From: Candidatus Enterousia sp.
Lineage (GTDB): Bacteria; Pseudomonadota; Alphaproteobacteria; Rs-D84
Length of the DNA: 64,000 bases
Direction: 5' to 3'
NCBI GenBank assembly: GCA_045546075.1
Contig: JAZQCF010000017.1
Span: 10,254-74,253 of the forward strand
A program made the position numbers and the translations under genes. Under the pieces are notes generated by a model. The model saw only the letters and a program-made list of their open reading frames with translations, made no database searches and was not told where the DNA came from. How positions within the stretch are numbered: the first letter of the stretch is position 1; each line of letters opens with the position of its first letter. Shown in pieces: positions 20,096-28,212 of this stretch.

Positions 20096-20236
20096 GATAA
20101 CAAAAAAGGAACGTTTTTTGTGACCAGTCTAAAATGAATTTTTGTCAACTTGGGGGGTCGCAAGAATCCGCCATTTCTTATAATTTGAAAAACATCAAAA
20201 AAGCACTGGACAAAAACGTTCGTTTTTTGTGACCAG
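20096..20236 (-). promoter_or_regulatory. conserved 5' module of the secreted-paralog family, copy 2 (same orientation relative to its gene as copy 1)
   Basis: The outer palindromes lie at 20096-20127 and 20206-20236. The inner segment is near-identical to copy 1; TTGACA (20143-20148, minus strand) faces the gene and TATAAT (20179-20184, + strand) faces away. Confidence 0.7.
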
Positions 20237-20604
20237 TTTCGTGTGATTTCTGGTCAAAAAATGCCAAAATCTTGCACTTTTAGGCAAAAATATCAATTTT
20301 TGAAAAATTAAAAAATGTCAGTGAAAACATAGTGTTGGTTTGATTTGTTGAAGGTTTGCTTGATTTTCTGTGGGGTGGGGCGGCTTATTATGTTATTTGG
20401 GATGTTTTTGTGTAATTAGTGCTCGTTATAAATACAAAATGCGGCATTATGTATCTGGTAAGTGTTGGTGTTATTGGTGCGCGCCGCCATTTATACGGGT
20501 TTTGAATAATTTGTGTTAGTTTTTTGTTCTAGTAATTTGTTTTTACAGTATAAACGCATAATAAAAATTGGGTGGGCTTCGTATGGCGGGGCGGCGATAT
20601 ATAA

Positions 20605-20632
20605 AAGGCGCATAATGTATATTATGTATAGT
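20605..20632 (+). other. dif: XerC/XerD chromosome dimer resolution site (dif)
   Basis: The site reads AAGGCGCATAA-TGTATA-TTATGTATAGT; E. coli dif is GGTGCGCATAA-TGTATA-TTATGTTAAAT. Twenty consecutive nt (GCGCATAATGTATATTATGT) are identical, including the whole central hexamer. It lies in a 1.2-kb gene-free tract. Confidence 0.75.
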
Positions 20633-20667
20633 TATGTCGTGTGGGACACGACATAACTATACATAAT
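20621..20667. repeat. perfect 22-bp inverted repeat with a 3-nt loop, overlapping the dif XerD arm
   Basis: ATTATGTATAGTTATGTCGTGT-GGG-ACACGACATAACTATACATAAT. Confidence 0.9.
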
Positions 20668-20737
20668 ATGAACCCTAATAATCCATTAAGTATTGATATA
20701 ATCCTTATAATTTTGTGTGTTCTGGAAATTTGATTGC

Positions 20738-20765
20738 GTGGCGCATAATCCCATTTGTGCGTGGT
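20738..20765 (+). repeat. degenerate dif-like site (good XerC arm, poor XerD arm)
   Basis: GTGGCGCATAA-TCCCAT-TTGTGCGTGGT. Further XerC-arm-like motifs: TAAACGCATAA at 20551-20561, inverted TAATGCGCC at 20805-20813, and GGGTGCATAAG at 21056-21066. Confidence 0.45.
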
Positions 20766-21238
20766 CTGTTTTCTGTTGCCTTGTCGTTGTTTGTTGTGTG
20801 GCCCTAATGCGCCGCAGACATATAAATATATGCCAAATAAAATTTTGCTCGCTATTAGACGCGTGGACATCTAATAAATATGTGTTCGATGAAAATTTGT
20901 GCGTATTAGACTTTATTGGTCATCCCGTTGAAAAAGTTGGTGTGCGGCCAAAGAAATTTCGGTTTGTGCCTTGGTGGCAATTAAATGCCGTGGACTGGTG
21001 GTGTGCCTGCGGATATTTCGTTTTACAACGGGATGACGACTTTGATATGCGGAATGGGTGCATAAGTCCCGAAAATTTGTAAAAACCGCCCTATTCTGGC
21101 CCCGGAATTTTGAAAAAATGGCGGATTTCTGCGGCTTTGCGGCGGTTTTTGTGTCGAAAAAAGAAGATTTTTTGCCCCAACCCGTCCAAAAATGATATTT
21201 TTGCGCGAATTTTTGTTTGGTTTCAATTTATTTTGCGC

Positions 21239-21268
21239 TTGCGCCGAATTGCGCATGCGTGGTATAAT
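21239..21268 (+). promoter_or_regulatory. sigma70-like promoter with extended -10 (TTGCGC-N18-TGgTATAAT)
   Basis: TATAAT at 21263-21268 is preceded by TGG, and TTGCGC lies at 21239-21244. The promoter is 25 nt upstream of the proposed GTG start. Confidence 0.55.
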
Positions 21269-21292
21269 TTTTTCAAGAAAGGAAGTTTGTTG

Positions 21293-22366
21293 GTGGGATT
21301 GAATATTTCGTCTTTTGTGCGGGTCTTTGTGGTCGCCGTGTTCGGGGTGGTGTGTGCGTCGGGCGGTGCGTTTGCCGCGAATTGTAATCCCGGACAATAT
21401 TATGAATGCGGTGAAGACCCGTATGATAATTCGTGTACCGAATGTGAGTGTGTGTCTTGTCCGGCGGGACAAACCAGTGATGGTTCGGGCGAATTGTATT
21501 ATTGCCCAAATATATATCCTACATCGCCATATGGGGATAGTGGGTGCAGTGATATTTTGTGTTCCGCTGATTATGTCGATTGTCCGGCGGGTGTTGGTGC
21601 ACCGGGCCAAAGGTGTAAAGAATTGACCGATGCGTGCCCCAGTGGCAGTGGTTGCCATGAATATGAACTGTGCAATCTGGCCAATGGCGCACTTACGTAC
21701 GCGGTTACCGGTTCGTGTCATATTGAAGAAGTTTCTATGTGTCAACCCAATACTGTGTCGTGCAACACTTTTCCAATAATGACAACTTATGTGTATTATG
21801 CTGTAACGCAAAACGACCAGACGGGCAATGCCACATGGAATGGTTATAATTCTGCGTGGGATACGATAAATTGTAAATTAAACTCGATGAATAAAAGTGT
21901 TTCTACATTTACTGTGGGTGGTCAAACCGTACCTGTTCATTGTGATGATTTGAATGTCGTTGGTGTGGTTTCGGCCGCATATCAATTTTTCCCACGGACG
22001 GTTTTTGAACCAGTATATTATAATTTAACACGGTTCTATTGTGAAAAATGTCAGGCGGGTTATTTGCCGAACATCCAGTCTTCACCGAACGCGGGTGCGA
22101 ATCTGTTCCCCGAAGGGTATGATGGGGCATATGGTGTGTTGATGTGTGACGAACAGGTTCGTGCGCCGTATTATGCGCCGGGGTGCATGATACCGTACCC
22201 GTTGAATTCGTCATCTATGCCGGACGTATGTCGGGTGTCGTGTCCGGATCGAATGGAAACGATTGTTAATGGTGCGACCGATGACAGTTACTGTCTGCCC
22301 AAGGGTGCCCCGGTGTACGAAGATGATTCTGGTTCTTTCCGTTTGGGAACTGAAATGTGTAATTAA
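21293..22366 (+). CDS. secreted Cys-rich protein (GCC2/GCC3- or furin-repeat-like CxxCPxG modules)
   Basis: ORF 21110-22366 trimmed to the GTG at 21293, 7 nt after AAGGAAG and downstream of the promoter. It has a signal peptide (...VVAVFGVVCASGGAFA) and many Cys, for example CTECECVSCPAGQTSDG. Confidence 0.65.
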   Translation: MGLNISSFVRVFVVAVFGVVCASGGAFAANCNPGQYYECGEDPYDNSCTECECVSCPAGQTSDGSGELYYCPNIYPTSPYGDSGCSDILCSADYVDCPAGVGAPGQRCKELTDACPSGSGCHEYELCNLANGALTYAVTGSCHIEEVSMCQPNTVSCNTFPIMTTYVYYAVTQNDQTGNATWNGYNSAWDTINCKLNSMNKSVSTFTVGGQTVPVHCDDLNVVGVVSAAYQFFPRTVFEPVYYNLTRFYCEKCQAGYLPNIQSSPNAGANLFPEGYDGAYGVLMCDEQVRAPYYAPGCMIPYPLNSSSMPDVCRVSCPDRMETIVNGATDDSYCLPKGAPVYEDDSGSFRLGTEMCN

Positions 22367-22384
22367 GGTTTATATGAAAATATA

Positions 22385-22412
22385 AAAACCGCCCTATTTC
22401 GGGCGGTTTTGG
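22385..22412. terminator. bidirectional Rho-independent terminator
   Basis: AAAAA-CCGCCC-TATTTC-GGGCGG-TTTT between convergent genes. Confidence 0.75.
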
Positions 22413-22428
22413 TTTGGCGGTTAAAATT

Positions 22429-23739
22429 TTATTTCGCCGTTGCCGGTTGGAATAATTCCGCCGGTTTTACCGCCTTTTCTTTTTGCTTAACGTGGGTCAG
22501 CATCGCATCCAAAGATTTGCGTTCAAAAATCATTCCGCGCAACATTGTTAATGCATTTTGATTCTTGTTATAGAATTCAAAAATCTGTTTCGGGTCTGGA
22601 TAGCGTGCGGCCTCGGCCCAGATGGCGTTTTGCAAATCGTCGCGCGTGACCTCGACCTTGTTGGCACTGCCCCACTCGGCCAAAATCAGGCCCAATTTTA
22701 CGCGACGTTCGGCCTCTTTGCGTTCTTTTTTCTCGTCAAATTTGCAATCGCCGTCGCATTTGCCATCACAGTGTGCGTGATGATGTTCGTGTTCGTTTTT
22801 CGCCATTTGTAATTCTTGGGCAACGACGACTTCGGGCAAATCTAATTTAACCTTGTCCGCCAAGATGTCCAATAATTCATTGCGCATTTCTTGCTGGGAC
22901 GCGGCGGCGTATTGTTCGTTCAATATATTGCGGACGTGTTCGCGTAATTTTTCGACCGTGTCAAAACCAATCGATTTTGCAAATTCATCATTCAATTCCG
23001 GCAAGATATGTTTGCGAACCTCGTGCAGGGTGATGGCAAAACGTGCCGCCCGGCCCGCCAGGTTTTCCGCATGATAATCTTTGGGGAACTTTACATTGAC
23101 ATCAAATTCATCGCCCGATTTGTGGCCGATAATTTGGTCTTCGAATCCCGGAATAAATGAACCAGAACCCAAAACCAAGTGATGCATTTTTGCCGCGCCA
23201 CCTTCGAATGCGTCTTTGCCAATGTATCCGGTAAAGTCAATGACCGCGGTATCGCCGTTTTCGGCCTTGTATTTCGCCGGTTGTTTTTCGGCGGTTGAAC
23301 GCGCACGGCGCAGGTTTTCGATTGCGGTGTCAACCTCGGCCTCGTCCAATTTGGTTGTCTTTTTTGTGACGGTGAATTTTTCCAAATCTATTTCCGGCAG
23401 TGTTGGCAAAATATCAAATTCCAACGTATATTCTGCATTCGACCCAATTTCCCATTTCCCCAGGTCTGCACGTGGTGCACCCGCAAGGCGAATTTTCTTT
23501 TCGGTTGCGTATTTTTCCAAATCGGCGTTCATCAATTTGTCGATTGCATCCGCCATGGCGTTTGCATTATATTTCTGGCGCAGGACGGACAGTGGCACGT
23601 GGCCCGCACGGAACCCCGGCATTTTGGCATCCGCCCCGTACTTAGTCAGTATTTCATCGGCGGCGGCCTGGATTTCATCGGCGGTCAAAACACCGGTTAC
23701 AGAATAATGTAAATCTTTGATTTTTTCTTTTTTAATCAT
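22429..23739 (-). CDS. tig: trigger factor
   Basis: ORF trimmed to MIKKEKIKDLHYSV.... It contains a PPIase (FKBP-type) middle domain (GDTAVIDFTGYIGKDAFEGG) and has typical length, apart from a His/Cys-rich insert in the C-terminal domain. Confidence 0.9.
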   Translation of the reverse strand: MIKKEKIKDLHYSVTGVLTADEIQAAADEILTKYGADAKMPGFRAGHVPLSVLRQKYNANAMADAIDKLMNADLEKYATEKKIRLAGAPRADLGKWEIGSNAEYTLEFDILPTLPEIDLEKFTVTKKTTKLDEAEVDTAIENLRRARSTAEKQPAKYKAENGDTAVIDFTGYIGKDAFEGGAAKMHHLVLGSGSFIPGFEDQIIGHKSGDEFDVNVKFPKDYHAENLAGRAARFAITLHEVRKHILPELNDEFAKSIGFDTVEKLREHVRNILNEQYAAASQQEMRNELLDILADKVKLDLPEVVVAQELQMAKNEHEHHHAHCDGKCDGDCKFDEKKERKEAERRVKLGLILAEWGSANKVEVTRDDLQNAIWAEAARYPDPKQIFEFYNKNQNALTMLRGMIFERKSLDAMLTHVKQKEKAVKPAELFQPATAK

Positions 23740-23877
23740 AATTTTCCCTTTATATAGACAGATTTGCCGGGCAATTATACACATATTTTTTTGTAAATGC
23801 AAGTGTTAGTGGCGCAATTAAAAACCCCACCGTTTGCGTTTTATGATGGGGAATTTGGTAAGTCGTTGATTTGTTGT

Positions 23878-24381
23878 TTAATAATTATAGCATTGGCACG
23901 TGCCACCACTGCAATGTGGAGTTTTACACTCTGCGCCAACAATCCCGACACAATCCGCATTTGTTGTGCACTGTTTTGCCGTAACATTAACATCAATCAG
24001 GTTCCATAACAGACAGTTTTCGTCCGTGCCTTGGCCCGGTTCGGCATCCCATTCTACGCACTGCTTATGTGTAACCGTTTTTTCTTGGGATGGTATCGCA
24101 GAAAATGCGGCGCGTGCGGTAATCAGTTTATCGCCGTCATCGTCATAATCAAAATCAACGATGCCCGCATTATAAATCCCGCGTTCACCGATTTGTCCCG
24201 CGGTATCAGTATATGTGACAACGGTTTCGCCGGGTGTATCTTCGTTTGTGCCCGCAACCGGGATTGTTGCCTGGCGCGTGGTATCAACGTACGTTTTTGA
24301 TGTAACGGTTGTATCCGCGAATACTGAATTAATTGCGATTATTGATGCAACCGCACCAATGAATAATGTTTTTTTGCTCAT
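23878..24381 (-). CDS. small secreted protein, paralog family member (167 aa)
   Basis: MSKKTLFIGAVASIIAINSVFADTTVTSKTYVDT..., ENCLLWNL, and a Cys-rich C-terminus. The RBS is AAAGGGGAACATATG. Confidence 0.75.
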   Translation of the reverse strand: MSKKTLFIGAVASIIAINSVFADTTVTSKTYVDTTRQATIPVAGTNEDTPGETVVTYTDTAGQIGERGIYNAGIVDFDYDDDGDKLITARAAFSAIPSQEKTVTHKQCVEWDAEPGQGTDENCLLWNLIDVNVTAKQCTTNADCVGIVGAECKTPHCSGGTCQCYNY

Positions 24382-24411
24382 ATGTTCCCCTTTATTCCTA
24401 TGATTAAAAGT

Positions 24412-24526
24412 GTAACAAAAACGAACGTTTTTGTCCAGTGCTTTTTTGGAAAAAATTATTCAGTAAAATCAACAACAGTAAAGTCCGCAAAATGGGGGGA
24501 CAAAAACGTTCGTTTTTTTTGACCAC
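24412..24526 (-). promoter_or_regulatory. conserved 5' module of the secreted-paralog family, copy 3, with the inner segment inverted relative to copies 1 and 2
   Basis: The outer arms match those of copies 1 and 2 in gene orientation. The junction CGTTTTTGTCCAGTGCTTTTTT is gene-distal in copies 1 and 2 but gene-proximal here (24422-24448). Confidence 0.65.
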
Positions 24527-24571
24527 TGTGGGGCGCGTGAAACCGTGTTTTTTTGGGGATTGTTATATGTT

Positions 24572-24606
24572 TTATAAAAATAAACCCCGTATTTGATACG
24601 GGGTTT
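24572..24606 (-). terminator. Rho-independent terminator of rplM-rpsI
   Basis: AACCCCGTA-TTTGA-TACGGGGTT; on the minus strand it is followed by TATTTTTAT. Confidence 0.7.
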
Positions 24607-24631
24607 GATACTTTCCAAACAAACGTGATGT

Positions 24632-25168
24632 TTAACGTTTGCTGAACTGGGTTGAACGACGTGCCTTGCGGAAACCATAGTGTTTACGTTCGACAACACG
24701 GCTGTCGCGGGTCAAGAACCCGGCCGCCTTTAATGCCGCGCGCAGTTCCGGTTCGTTCTTTTCCAATGCCTTGGAAATACCGTGTTTTACGGCACCCGCC
24801 TGGCCCGACAGGCCGCCACCCATAACCATTACGAATGCGTCATAGGCACCTTCGCGTTTTGTTACCGCAAATGGTTGATTCAAAATCATCTGCAACACCG
24901 GACGGCGGAAATATTCAACCATCGGTTTGTTGTTGATAACAATGTTGCCCTTGCCCGGCATCAAATATACGCGCGCGACAGAATCTTTACGTTTGCCGGT
25001 TGCGTAAATCGCGTTGTTCAATTTTGGGACGCTAACGCTTGCGGTTGTCTTTTTTGTCGCCGCGGTTTTTGTCGCGGTCTTGGCCGTTGTGGTCTTTTTT
25101 GCTGTCGGGGCCGCTTTCTTAGCGGTTGCCGTCGCTTTCTTGACGGTTGTTTTTTTTGCTTCTGTCAT
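24632..25168 (-). CDS. rpsI: 30S ribosomal protein S9 with a Lys/Ala/Thr-rich N-terminal extension
   Basis: The C-terminal 130 aa are canonical S9 (...[19 protein letters not shown]..., ending [11 protein letters not shown]). The first 50 or so aa are AKKTT-type low complexity. Confidence 0.93.
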   Translation of the reverse strand: MTEAKKTTVKKATATAKKAAPTAKKTTTAKTATKTAATKKTTASVSVPKLNNAIYATGKRKDSVARVYLMPGKGNIVINNKPMVEYFRRPVLQMILNQPFAVTKREGAYDAFVMVMGGGLSGQAGAVKHGISKALEKNEPELRAALKAAGFLTRDSRVVERKHYGFRKARRSTQFSKR

Positions 25169-25641
25169 TATTCGCCCCTTTTGTTTTTACGATTGAGTTT
25201 CGCAAAATCAATCACAACCGGATTTTGCGCGGCGTGTTTGTGTTCTGCGCCTGCATACACGTGCAGTTTGGTCAGGCGTTTGTCCGCCAATGCCACCGCC
25301 GTGCGGCGACCCATCATACGCTTAACCGCGTTTTTAACCAACATTGTCGGTTTTTCCGCGCGCATTTGGCCCAATGTGCGTTCTTTGATTCCGCCCGGGT
25401 ATGTTGTGTGCCAATAGAATTTTGTCTTGTCGGCCTTGGTGCCGGACAGTGCCACTTTATCGGCATTGATAATAATCACATGGTCGCCGCAATCCATATT
25501 CGGTGTCCATGTGGCCTTGTTCTTGCCGCGCAGGATGTTCGCGGTATATGCCGCCAAACGCCCTAACGTGCAATCGGTCGCGTCAATCAAATACCATTTG
25601 GCATCCAATTCACACTTTTTTAACGATTTTGTCGTTGCCAT
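25168..25641 (-). CDS. rplM: 50S ribosomal protein L13
   Basis: 157-aa ORF: [33 protein letters not shown].... Sits in the classic rplM-rpsI arrangement. Confidence 0.95.
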   Translation of the reverse strand: MATTKSLKKCELDAKWYLIDATDCTLGRLAAYTANILRGKNKATWTPNMDCGDHVIIINADKVALSGTKADKTKFYWHTTYPGGIKERTLGQMRAEKPTMLVKNAVKRMMGRRTAVALADKRLTKLHVYAGAEHKHAAQNPVVIDFAKLNRKNKRGE

Positions 25642-25809
25642 TTTTGTTTTACCTTTGTTTGTTATTAAAAGTTCGCCCTATTATGTCGCAACCGCGCAGA
25701 AAAGTCAAGAAAAATCGATATGGTATTATGATACCGTAAAAAACAAAAAACTTGATAATGGCGGTTATCTTTGATAACCTTTGGTTTGTTCGTATTATGG
25801 AGTATCAAA

Positions 25810-28212
25810 ATGGCAACGGATGATATAAAAAAGATTATTGCGCGTGAAGAAAAATGGCAGCGGCGTTGGCGCGATGCGCGTGCGTTTGTGCCGAAAAACG
25901 ATGGGTCAAAACCGCGTTTCTATAATTTGGTAGAATTTCCGTTCTTGTCCGGTGCCGGATTGCATGCGGGTCATATGATGAACTATACCGGGATGGATGT
26001 TTTGGCGCGCTATCGCCGGCATCGTGGTTATGACGTGTTGTTTCCAATGGGTTTTGATGCGATGGGGATTGCAGGTGAACATTATGCCAAGAAAATCGGT
26101 CGGCACCCGGCGGATGTTGCGCGCGATTTGGTAAAATCTTATTCAACAATGATAGACCGTGTCGGTTGGTCGGTTGACCCGGAAACACGCGTTGCGACAT
26201 CTGATCCAGAATATATCAAATGGACCCAGTGGATGTTTATTCAGTTTTTCAAGGCGGGTTTGGCATATAAATCTGAATTGCCGATGAATTGGTGTCCAGA
26301 ATGCCGAACAACATATACCAACGAAGAATTGGAAGACAACAAATGTCCACGTTGCCACAGTATCATAGAAAAAAAGACTAAAATGCAATGGAATCTGCGC
26401 CTGTCGCGGTATGCGGATAAATTGCTGGATGGGTTAAAGGATGTGGATTTTGATGAACGGATTAAAAAAGATGAAATAAACCTGATTGGAAAATCGCACG
26501 GCGCGGATGTAGATTTTCGTGTCGGCGACGATATTATGACGGTCTATACCACGCGCGTGGATACCATATTTGGTGTGACGTTTTGTGTTATTGCGCCGGA
26601 ACATAAACTGTTACAGAAATGGTTGGATACGGGCCGCATAAAAAATGCGGATGCTGTGCGGGCATACATTAAACAATCGGCGGCAAAAACAGAAATAGAA
26701 CGCACGGACGCAACCAAGGAAAAAACAGGAATAAAACTGGATGGCGTAATGGCGATAAATCCGTTCAACGGACGTGAAATTCCAATCTTTACGTCTGATT
26801 ATGTGTTGGTGGATTATGCGTATGGGACAATTATGGCGGTGCCGGCACACGATTCGCGCGATTGGGATTTTGCGAAAAAATTCGGTCTTGAAATAATTCC
26901 GGTTTTGGCCGGTGGCGAACCAGACGCGGTCTGGGAAGGTGATGGGCCGCATATAAATTCGCAATTTTTGGATGGGATGGATAAAGAAACCGCGATTGCA
27001 ACCGCAATAAAATACGGAACCGAACACGGTTTCGCACGCGGAACAACAAAATATAAATTAAAGGATTGGGGTTTCTCGCGCCAGATGTATTGGGGCGAAC
27101 CAATTCCAATGGTTTACTGTGAAAAATGCGGGTGGCAACCAATTCCCGAAGACGAATTGCCGCTGATGCAACCATATATGGAAGACTATAGCCCAACCGA
27201 TATGGGCGAAAGTCCATTGGCGCGTGCGACCGATTGGGTTAAAACGACCTGCCCTTGCTGTGGCGCGCCGGCACAACGTGAAACCGATACTATGCCGGGA
27301 TGGGCGGGTTCTTCGTGGTATTATTTGCGCTATTTGGACCCGAAAAACGACAAAGAGTTTTGTAGCAAAGAACAGATGAAAAATTGGATGCCGGTGACGC
27401 ACTATAACGGCGGACACGAACACAATACGCGGCATTTGATTTATTCCCGGTTTTGGCATCACGCACTGTATGATTTGGGTTTGGTAAATACCCCGGAACC
27501 ATATACCAAGCGGACCGCCCAAGGGTTGCTTATGGGGAATGATGGATATAAAATGTCTAAATCACGCGGAAATGGTTTTATGGTTGCCGATTTAATGGAT
27601 GCGGTTGGTGCCGATGTGGGGCGTGTTGCAGTGTTGTCGTTGGGACCGTGGGAAAACAATGTTGTTTGGACCGATGGTGCGATGGCGGGGGTTCAGCGTT
27701 TCCTGAAACGCGTAGAAAATTTGTCTGATAATTTAACCGATGATGCATTAACACCCGAACAAGATATTTTGGTAAATCGTTTAATTGCCGATGTGACAGA
27801 ACGTTTGGATGGTATGAAATTTAATACGGCGATTTCCGCGATGATGGAATTTATAAATGAATTTCCGGGTGGAAAAATGCCGCGCCGTGCGTACGAGGTT
27901 TTGATTCAAATGCTGAACCCGTTTGCGCCGCATTTGACCGAAGAAATGTGGGAAAAGTTGGGGCATGCGGATATGTTGGTGTTTGAACCGTGGCCGACAT
28001 TCGATGCGTCTAAATTGGTTGAAACAACCGCAACATTTGCGGTGACGGTCAATGGTAAGCGCGTTGCCGAATTTGTCGCGGATTTGAACGCGAACAATGA
28101 AGAATTGATTGCGTTGGCCCGTGCGGCGGCGGGTGCCCGGATTGCCGGCACAGAAATCATTAAAACCATTGTCGTGCCAAAGAAATTGGTGAATTTTGTT
28201 GTAAAGAAATAG
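25810..28212 (+). CDS. leuS: leucine--tRNA ligase
   Basis: ORF trimmed to MATDDIKK after GGAG. Class I motifs are HAGH (HIGH-type) and KMSKS (YKMSKSRGN), with a CP1 editing domain. About 800 aa. Confidence 0.93.
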   Translation: MATDDIKKIIAREEKWQRRWRDARAFVPKNDGSKPRFYNLVEFPFLSGAGLHAGHMMNYTGMDVLARYRRHRGYDVLFPMGFDAMGIAGEHYAKKIGRHPADVARDLVKSYSTMIDRVGWSVDPETRVATSDPEYIKWTQWMFIQFFKAGLAYKSELPMNWCPECRTTYTNEELEDNKCPRCHSIIEKKTKMQWNLRLSRYADKLLDGLKDVDFDERIKKDEINLIGKSHGADVDFRVGDDIMTVYTTRVDTIFGVTFCVIAPEHKLLQKWLDTGRIKNADAVRAYIKQSAAKTEIERTDATKEKTGIKLDGVMAINPFNGREIPIFTSDYVLVDYAYGTIMAVPAHDSRDWDFAKKFGLEIIPVLAGGEPDAVWEGDGPHINSQFLDGMDKETAIATAIKYGTEHGFARGTTKYKLKDWGFSRQMYWGEPIPMVYCEKCGWQPIPEDELPLMQPYMEDYSPTDMGESPLARATDWVKTTCPCCGAPAQRETDTMPGWAGSSWYYLRYLDPKNDKEFCSKEQMKNWMPVTHYNGGHEHNTRHLIYSRFWHHALYDLGLVNTPEPYTKRTAQGLLMGNDGYKMSKSRGNGFMVADLMDAVGADVGRVAVLSLGPWENNVVWTDGAMAGVQRFLKRVENLSDNLTDDALTPEQDILVNRLIADVTERLDGMKFNTAISAMMEFINEFPGGKMPRRAYEVLIQMLNPFAPHLTEEMWEKLGHADMLVFEPWPTFDASKLVETTATFAVTVNGKRVAEFVADLNANNEELIALARAAAGARIAGTEIIKTIVVPKKLVNFVVKK

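Noticed and set aside
20622-21811. ORFs 20622-20870 (-), 20717-21082 (+) and 21023-21811 (-) in the dif tract and upstream of the Cys-rich gene
   Set aside because: They are mutually overlapping with low-complexity translations and no RBS, and they cover dif-like motifs, a repeat and a promoter. The 262-aa minus ORF is antisense to the well-supported 21293-22366 gene.
24782-25566. ORFs 24782-25417 (+), 25014-25196 (+) and 25147-25566 (+) opposite rpsI and rplM
   Set aside because: They are antisense to two canonical ribosomal protein genes, and their Cys/Arg/Phe-rich translations are typical of shadow frames.
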